From the NCBI GenBank assembly GCA_037443805.1, contig JBBINQ010000007.1:12977-76976 (forward strand): DNA of 64,000 nt. The letters run 5' to 3'. The notes below the pieces were generated by a model. The model had not been told where the DNA came from. It made no database searches and was given only the letters and a program-made list of their open reading frames with translations. The position numbers were made by a program, and so were the translations under genes. Below, one piece after another: positions 58,066 through 64,000 of this stretch (position 1 is its first letter; the number at the start of each line of letters is the position of its first letter). The DNA comes from a candidate division WOR-3 bacterium (lineage in GTDB: Bacteria > Hydrothermota > Tepidihabitantia > SM23-42 > JAOAFX01).

Positions 58066-59189
58066 AAAAGATAATTTTAGTTATAGGTATAGCAATTGTG
58101 ATAATTTTGATTCTTGTATTGAATCTGACACAGAAAACAAAGGGTGAAAGCGTTGAAATAGAGATTGTGAAAAAGGGTGAAGTTGTATCCAGGGTGAGTG
58201 CAGATGGTGAACTCAAAGCAAAGTCACAGGTGGATATCTCGGCAGAAACAATTGGTCGGGTAAAAAAGATTTATTACAAAGAGGGCGATTTCATAAAAAA
58301 GGGTAGCCTTTTAATTGAACTTGATGATATCCAGGCACAGGCAAATTATGAGCTTGCTAAGGCACAACTCAAACAGGCAGAGCAGGTTTTTAAACGCATA
58401 CATAGTCTATATGAAAAAGGGCTAATAAGCGAGGAGAATTTTGAGACCGCAGAATTGAATTACCAGTCTGCAAAGGCAAGATATGACCAGACACTGGATG
58501 CCTATCAGAAAACAAAAATCTATGCACCAATATCCGGTAAAATAATGAAATTAAATATTGAAGAAGGTGAGACAGCAGTAATGGGAACAATGAATTATGC
58601 GGGCACGGTTCTGGCAACCATTGCCGATATGTCGCGATTGATTGCAGTGGTAAAAATAGATGAGACCGAAGTTCCGCAGGTAAAGGTAGGACAGGAGGCA
58701 GAGGTGATTGCAGATGCCCTGCCCGATTCAATATTTAAAGGAATCGTGACCAAAGTCGGTTTGATGCCTATTACTTCAATTACTACCACAGAAAAGATGA
58801 CTGATTTTGAAGTGGAAATAGAATTAGAGAATTTTTCCTCAAACCTGAGACCCGGAATGAATGTTAAGGCAGAGATTATTACCAACAAAAAAACTGATAT
58901 ACCGGTTGTACCTATCCAGGCAGTGGGAAAAAGAAAAATAAAAGATAAACTTACTGAATCAATTTTTGTCGTGCAAAATAATAAGGCATTATTAAAAGAG
59001 GTTCAAACAGGTATATCCAGTGATACTGAAATAGAGATTATTTCTGGTGTTAATGAAGGTGATACGGTCATCAGTGGTCCATATCGGGTATTATCAAAAT
59101 TGAAGGATGGTTCAGGAGTGGAAATTAAACAAACAACGAAAAATAAAACGGTCAGCGATAATGTGAAACCAGTGACCAGTGACCAGTGA
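58062..59189 (+). CDS. Periplasmic adaptor (membrane fusion protein, MacA/HlyD family)
   Basis: N-terminal TM, lipoyl/coiled-coil hairpin, beta-barrel ([18 protein letters not shown]). Confidence 0.8.
   Translation: MKKIILVIGIAIVIILILVLNLTQKTKGESVEIEIVKKGEVVSRVSADGELKAKSQVDISAETIGRVKKIYYKEGDFIKKGSLLIELDDIQAQANYELAKAQLKQAEQVFKRIHSLYEKGLISEENFETAELNYQSAKARYDQTLDAYQKTKIYAPISGKIMKLNIEEGETAVMGTMNYAGTVLATIADMSRLIAVVKIDETEVPQVKVGQEAEVIADALPDSIFKGIVTKVGLMPITSITTTEKMTDFEVEIELENFSSNLRPGMNVKAEIITNKKTDIPVVPIQAVGKRKIKDKLTESIFVVQNNKALLKEVQTGISSDTEIEIISGVNEGDTVISGPYRVLSKLKDGSGVEIKQTTKNKTVSDNVKPVTSDQ
59169..59189 (+). repeat. Perfect heptanucleotide tandem repeat (ccagtga x3) at the macA stop / macB start junction
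   Basis: ccagtgaccagtgaccagtga read directly. Encodes the ...VTSDQ* tail of the adaptor. Confidence 0.6.
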
Positions 59190-59193
59190 CAAA

Positions 59194-59865
59194 ATGCTCT
59201 GCCGGGCAATAGATATCCATAAAAAATATAGTCTGGGCAAGGTTGAGATTGAGGCATTACGCGGTGTGAGTTTAGAGATTGTAGAAAATGAGTATCTTTC
59301 TATTATGGGTCCATCAGGCTCTGGTAAGTCAACTTTGATGCATATCCTTGGTTGTCTTGATACACCGACAAAGGGAGAATATTTTCTTGAAGATAAAAAG
59401 GTTTCAGATTATACAGATGCAGAACTGGCAAGAATTAGAAATATTTCTATTGGTTTTGTATTTCAGAGTTTTAATCTTTTAACCAGGCTTTCTGCACTGG
59501 AAAATGTTGCCCTGCCTTTGTTATATGCCCAGGTGAATAAAAAAGAAAGAATTGAACGGGCAAAAGAAATTTTATCAAAGGTCGGCCTTGCTGAAAGAAT
59601 GTATCATCGTCCCAATGAATTGTCAGGTGGAGAATGTCAGCGTGTAGCTATTGCACGGGCACTGGTTAACCGACCCAAAATCGTTTTTGCTGATGAACCG
59701 ACAGGAAACCTTGATACAAAGACCGGCAAAGAGATTATGGAATTATTTGATAGACTCCATGCTGAGGGCAATACTATTGTGCTCGTTACCCATGACCAAA
59801 ATATTGCCAACCATGCAAAACGGGTGATAAAAATTATTGATGGCAGGATTGCAAATGGGTTATGA
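59194..59865 (+). CDS. MacB/LolD-type ABC transporter ATP-binding protein
   Basis: Walker [13 protein letters not shown] signature [15 protein letters not shown]. Walker [13 protein letters not shown]. Confidence 0.85.
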   Translation: MLCRAIDIHKKYSLGKVEIEALRGVSLEIVENEYLSIMGPSGSGKSTLMHILGCLDTPTKGEYFLEDKKVSDYTDAELARIRNISIGFVFQSFNLLTRLSALENVALPLLYAQVNKKERIERAKEILSKVGLAERMYHRPNELSGGECQRVAIARALVNRPKIVFADEPTGNLDTKTGKEIMELFDRLHAEGNTIVLVTHDQNIANHAKRVIKIIDGRIANGL

Positions 59866-61112
59866 ATAGCATAACTGAAATCATTGGTTTAGCGGTTCAA
59901 ACTTTTAAATCCCATCGGATGCGTTCTTTTTTGACAACGCTGGGTATTATCATTGGCGTGACCACGGTCATTGCGATTTTATCTTTGATTGAGGGCTTAA
60001 ATCAATCAGTAGCGAGTCAGATCCGTTCCATTGGTTCGGACTTGATATTTGTCACCAAATATTCAATGGTGAGAATGGGCCCACCAAATTTTGAAGATAT
60101 CGCAAAGAGACCGGATCTGACACCGGATGATGCTCTTGCACTTAAACAACTTTCCTCAGTAGTAACTGCAGTTCCGACGATTGAACAAAATTTTACCAAA
60201 TTAAAATATAAAGACAAAGAGGTTGCAATGACCTCAATTGAAGGCTCAACTGAAGATTTTTCAAAAGTTCACAATTATATTGTAGAGATTGGCAGGGACC
60301 TTAATGCTGATGATATACTACACAAAAGAAATGTTGGCATTATCGGTTCCTATGTTGCAAAAAATCTGTTCAGTGATGAATTACCCATTGGTAAGGATTT
60401 GAATATTGGCGCACACCGCATAAAGATTATTGGAGTATACAAAGAAAAAGGTTCATTTCTGGGTCAGAGTATGGACAATTTAATTACCATCCCTTATCCA
60501 TTTTATGAGAAGATTTTTCCTACCAGAAAAAGGACGAGTATATATGAGCGGGCTTTCGGTGGCTATACAATAAGTGTGATGCCAAAATCAGGCAAGGTTG
60601 AAGAGGCAATGGATGAGATCCGCGAACTGATGAGGCGAAGGCACAGCTTGCGCCTTGACCAGCCGGATGATTTTGAATTGGGAACCCAGCAGATGCTGTT
60701 TGAAATTTATCAAAATATTACCCGTGTTGGTTTTGTAGCAATTATCGCAATTGCCGCAATATCTTTGATAGTTGGTGGCATTGGGATAATGAATATTATG
60801 CTCGTCTCAGTTGCGGAAAGGACAAGGGAGATCGGTATTCGCAAGGCAGTAGGTGCTTCAAATCAAAATATTCTGCTCCAGTTTATTACCGAATCTGTTG
60901 TTCTGTCCCTTGTCGGTGGTGTTATCGGTATTATCCTGGGTATACTCCTTGCCTGGTTAATTTCAGCGGTTTCACCGCTTAAGGCAGCAGTTGCGCCCTG
61001 GATGATTATATTAGGCTTTGGTTTTTCTTCTGCGGTTGGAATCTTCTTTGGCATATATCCTGCACGCAAAGCTGCCTCATTAAATCCGATTGAGGCATTA
61101 AGATATGAATAA
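59862..61112 (+). CDS. MacB/FtsX-family ABC transporter permease with periplasmic MacB_PCD domain
   Basis: N-terminal TM, about 230 aa periplasmic domain, C-terminal 3-TM FtsX domain ([18 protein letters not shown]). Confidence 0.8.
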   Translation: MNSITEIIGLAVQTFKSHRMRSFLTTLGIIIGVTTVIAILSLIEGLNQSVASQIRSIGSDLIFVTKYSMVRMGPPNFEDIAKRPDLTPDDALALKQLSSVVTAVPTIEQNFTKLKYKDKEVAMTSIEGSTEDFSKVHNYIVEIGRDLNADDILHKRNVGIIGSYVAKNLFSDELPIGKDLNIGAHRIKIIGVYKEKGSFLGQSMDNLITIPYPFYEKIFPTRKRTSIYERAFGGYTISVMPKSGKVEEAMDEIRELMRRRHSLRLDQPDDFELGTQQMLFEIYQNITRVGFVAIIAIAAISLIVGGIGIMNIMLVSVAERTREIGIRKAVGASNQNILLQFITESVVLSLVGGVIGIILGILLAWLISAVSPLKAAVAPWMIILGFGFSSAVGIFFGIYPARKAASLNPIEALRYE

Positions 61113-61151
61113 AGATAACCCGAAAGATATTTAATTATCAAGTTTGATGGA

Positions 61152-61179
61152 TTGACGCAGAAATTTTCCTGAATATAAT
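61152..61179 (+). promoter_or_regulatory. Sigma-70 type promoter TTGACG-16-TATAAT ending 6 nt before the ATG of the GGDEF-STAND gene (leaderless)
   Basis: ttgacg at 61152-61157, tataat at 61174-61179, ATG at 61186. Confidence 0.5.
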
Positions 61180-61185
61180 TTAATA

Positions 61186-64000
61186 ATGAAGCGAGAAGAG
61201 ATTTACTATGATGAGTTGACCGGAATTTATAACCGGCGATTTTTACACTACTGGATGGACAATGAAATCAAGAGGGCGAATCGTTTTGCGACAAAATTTG
61301 GAATTATTATGATTGACCTTGATAATTTCCGTGAGGTCAATAACAATTATGGTCATCTTGAAGGTGATAGGGTGTTAATTGAATTTAGCAAATTCCTGAA
61401 AAATAACATAAGGGAAGTAGATAATCTTGTGCGCTATGGTGGTGATGAGTTTATTATCCTTGTTCCCAATACTGATACCTCAGGAGTTTTAGAACTTGCG
61501 CAGAGGATTCTCTCCAATTTAAATAAGAGTTCTATTACTGGTTATAAAATTTTCTGTAGTATTGGTTTTGCGGTCTATCCTGATGATGGCGCCAATCTTG
61601 AGACTTTAATAAATCAGGCAGACCGATTAATGTATCAGGCAAAGAAAGATGGCAAAAATCGTATTGGGTTAAAAGCTGAAGTTATCAGGAAATTAGAGAT
61701 TCCGGTAAAAGTGCTCGTAGGCAGAGAACAAGAACTTGGACAATGTCTGCGTCAATTAAAAGAATATAATACACTTTTTATCAGTGGCGAAGCAGGTGTG
61801 GGTAAGACCAGGCTTGCCCTGGAAATAAAAAATCTATTTCCTGACTGTGTGTATTTAAGGGCAAACTCCTATGCCGCATTGACAACAGTTCCATACCATC
61901 CCTTCCATAATATGTTCAAGGAGATTGTTATGCAGGATTTTGTTCTTACCCAGCGGGTATTAAAACAGATGCCGGAGATTATGCGCCTTGAAATAATGAA
62001 ATTATTACCGGAAGATAAAATCGTTCCTGCAAAAATTGAAGGGCTTGATAAATTCCGTCTTTTTGAAAGTGTCAATATGTTTTTTAATATACTCACTGAA
62101 TTATCATTACCGGGCCAGATTATTCTTCTTATGGATGATCTACACTGGACCGACCGTTCAAGCTGTGAATTATTGGACTTTGTAATAAGAAGTGCCTCCA
62201 CCAATTTTAAAATTCTGGGCACATATCGCACTGAAGAGATAAAAAATGCATCAATCTTTGAATTTTTAGGAATATGGGCAAGGGAAAATTTATATTCAAA
62301 ACTTGAATTATTGCCTTTAAGTGAATCCCAGACCTTTAAATTTCTTGAATTGGTAATGGGCAGTGTTTCTCAAGCTACGGCAAAATTTATTTATAACCTG
62401 AGCGGTGGCAATCCATTCTATACCGAAGAGATACTTCGTGAACTGGAGAGGCAGAACAAGATTTTTTATAATGGTAAAGAATGGGTTATTCTTATAGAAC
62501 GGGAATTAAAAATTCCTTCAAGCATTGAATCAACAATACACCGTAAAATAGAGTTTCTTGATACTGAAACAAAAGAAATTTTAAATATCGCGGCAGTCTA
62601 TGGTCAGGAGTTCAGCGATGAAATACTTGCCCTTTGCGCACAGAAAAATGTTGGTGAAATAATGGATGCCATTGACCATTTAATTAAACTGGGTTTTATT
62701 AAGGTAAGGGGAAGCGAACTCTTCTTTTTCAGTGAGGATATTGTTAGACAAATAGTCTATAAAAATATCAATCGGGCAGATTTGCTGAAATATCACCGGC
62801 AGGTAGGAGATACAATTGAAAAATATTTTCATAGTAGTCTTCTCATTTATTATGAGCAACTTGCCCATCATTTTACCATTGCCAATGACCCAGCAAGGGC
62901 ACTTTATTATTCGCGGAGGGCAGGGATAAAATGTATGGAAAATTATGCACATGAGCAGGCAGTAGGATTTTTTACAAATGCCCTGAAGTTTGAAGATAAC
63001 ATTGAAGAGATATTTAAGATAAAATCTGACCTTTCTGAAATCTATTTTTTGATGGGAAAGAGTGATAAGGCAATAGATAATCTTAATGCCTGTTTAAAAA
63101 TAAATCCTCAGGACTATAAAATTTACTACAAGCTTGGTCAGATCAATGAAAATATTGGTGATTACAAAAAGGCACTGGGCTATTTTAAACAGGGTCTGAA
63201 AATAACTGCGCAATCCAGTTCATCCTATCAATTCAGGGCCGGTATAGTCTGGATTTACACAAGAATGGGACAGTATCTCAAGGCAAAAAAGGAGTGCGAA
63301 CAACTATTAAAAAAGGAAAAACAGATACCAAAACAGGAACTTGCTATTATTCTGATCACTTATGGAGTTGTTTTATTACACCTTGGTGACCTTGAAGGGT
63401 CAATTTCATATTTTAAAAAGGCACTGGATATTCGTCAGAAATTGGGCGACAAAAAAGGAATGGCTGCCTGCTATCTGGATATGGCGGTCGTTTACCAACA
63501 GCAACTGAATTTTTCTATCAGTGAAGAATACTATAAAAATGCACTTAAACTCTATGAAGAGATTGGCTATCAAGCAGGTATTATGATTACGCTTTTAGAT
63601 CTGGGCTCACTCTATTTTCATTACAACTTAATTAAGGCTGAAGAATATTGTAATAAAGGGCTGAGAATTGCAAAATTAACTGGAGCAAAGCGTGACATTG
63701 TTTTCCTTTATGATAATCTCGGGTCAATAAGTCTTCGTCGCTTAATGCTTGATGAGGCTTTAAGCAGTTTTAAAAGAGCACTCCAATATGCTGAGGAAAC
63801 AGATTTTACTGAGGGTAAGAATTTTATTAATATTCACTTAAGTGAATATTATCGGGAAACCGGTAAGAAAAAGAAAGGTTTTGTTCATTTAAAAAAGGCA
63901 TATATATATGCAAAGAAATTGAATTTAAAACAATTTATTTATGATTGTCAATTTGAAGAGATTGAGTATTTGCTCCTGAATAAGAACTTTAAAAAGGCAA
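61186..64000 (+). CDS. Multidomain signalling protein with N-terminal GGDEF diguanylate cyclase, STAND/AAA_16 P-loop NTPase and C-terminal TPR repeats (3' partial, runs off the window; absent from the ORF track because it has no stop)
   Basis: Hand translation from ATG 61186 is open to the window end. GGDEF with I-site (REVDNLVRYGGDEFIIL). Walker A LFISGEAGVGKTRLA. Walker B-like IILLMDDLHWTD. At least 8 TPR-like repeats after about residue 560. Confidence 0.75.
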   Translation, partial: MKREEIYYDELTGIYNRRFLHYWMDNEIKRANRFATKFGIIMIDLDNFREVNNNYGHLEGDRVLIEFSKFLKNNIREVDNLVRYGGDEFIILVPNTDTSGVLELAQRILSNLNKSSITGYKIFCSIGFAVYPDDGANLETLINQADRLMYQAKKDGKNRIGLKAEVIRKLEIPVKVLVGREQELGQCLRQLKEYNTLFISGEAGVGKTRLALEIKNLFPDCVYLRANSYAALTTVPYHPFHNMFKEIVMQDFVLTQRVLKQMPEIMRLEIMKLLPEDKIVPAKIEGLDKFRLFESVNMFFNILTELSLPGQIILLMDDLHWTDRSSCELLDFVIRSASTNFKILGTYRTEEIKNASIFEFLGIWARENLYSKLELLPLSESQTFKFLELVMGSVSQATAKFIYNLSGGNPFYTEEILRELERQNKIFYNGKEWVILIERELKIPSSIESTIHRKIEFLDTETKEILNIAAVYGQEFSDEILALCAQKNVGEIMDAIDHLIKLGFIKVRGSELFFFSEDIVRQIVYKNINRADLLKYHRQVGDTIEKYFHSSLLIYYEQLAHHFTIANDPARALYYSRRAGIKCMENYAHEQAVGFFTNALKFEDNIEEIFKIKSDLSEIYFLMGKSDKAIDNLNACLKINPQDYKIYYKLGQINENIGDYKKALGYFKQGLKITAQSSSSYQFRAGIVWIYTRMGQYLKAKKECEQLLKKEKQIPKQELAIILITYGVVLLHLGDLEGSISYFKKALDIRQKLGDKKGMAACYLDMAVVYQQQLNFSISEEYYKNALKLYEEIGYQAGIMITLLDLGSLYFHYNLIKAEEYCNKGLRIAKLTGAKRDIVFLYDNLGSISLRRLMLDEALSSFKRALQYAEETDFTEGKNFINIHLSEYYRETGKKKKGFVHLKKAYIYAKKLNLKQFIYDCQFEEIEYLLLNKNFKKA

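Noticed and set aside
61186-61460. Apparent frameshift splitting the GGDEF domain (stop after ...GDRVLI)
   Set aside because: I misread one sequence line. Re-reading gives ...GDRVLIEFSKFLKNNIREVDNLVRYGGDEF in one continuous frame. The ORF is simply open-ended at the window edge.
278-63000. Numerous 60-130 aa antisense or shadow ORFs inside strong CDS (e.g. 278..583 -, 1428..1619 -, 12275..12685 -, 36723..37343 +, 42166..42753 +, 58390..58888 -, 61869..62231 -)
   Set aside because: Each lies wholly within a well-supported gene on the opposite strand or in another frame. They have odd composition and no motifs, so they are taken as spurious.
1-64000. CRISPR arrays, transposases/IS elements, integrases, rRNA genes
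   Set aside because: No direct-repeat/spacer periodicity. No DDE/serine/tyrosine recombinase signatures. No rRNA-like conserved stretches were seen on reading the window.

Overview
The window is a 64 kb chromosomal stretch from a low-GC bacterium, probably an uncultivated lineage. It is densely packed with about 75 co-linear CDS, frequently overlapping by 4 to 14 nt, plus one tRNA. Most of it is housekeeping. There is a ruvX-mltG pair, an rpsP/KH/trmD/rplS cluster with rnhB-yraN and tRNA-Arg(TCG), and a prfA-prmC-nadK-recN run. A second ribosomal cluster carries rplM-rpsI-rpsB-tsf-pyrH-frr. The remaining housekeeping genes include dapF, scpB, polX, a Sir2 deacylase, hsp20-htrA with a sigma-70 factor, hslV, serA with a DUF1015 gene, nadA, an M23 peptidase, and a TolC/MacA/MacB/FtsX efflux set.

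The most unusual locus is at 6.6-12.7 kb. Two translationally coupled large paralogous proteins carry C-terminal domains that read as divergent class III nucleotidyl-cyclase (CHD) folds. The second copy has lost the transition-state Arg/Asn. A pseudo-receiver/GAF/GGDEF diguanylate cyclase follows directly, and a Crp-type cNMP-binding regulator lies 3 kb downstream.

Other accessory-like content is listed here:
- An AT-rich type II restriction-modification pair sits at 34.5-36.1 kb.
- queD and queC flank an antisense RPH-architecture PEP-utilizing protein (rifampin-phosphotransferase-like).
- A short QueG-like Fe-S protein is present.
- A stand-alone hypE is present.
- Four unknown membrane-protein genes form an apparent operon with an aminotransferase.
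- An anomalous 550 nt non-coding region with local repeats lies at 26.3-26.9 kb.
- An N-terminal-GGDEF/STAND-NTPase/TPR giant protein runs off the window end.

At least nine genes carry near-consensus TTGACA-16-TATAAT promoters whose -10 box ends 5-8 nt before the start codon, which implies widespread leaderless mRNAs. No CRISPR array, transposase or rRNA gene was seen.
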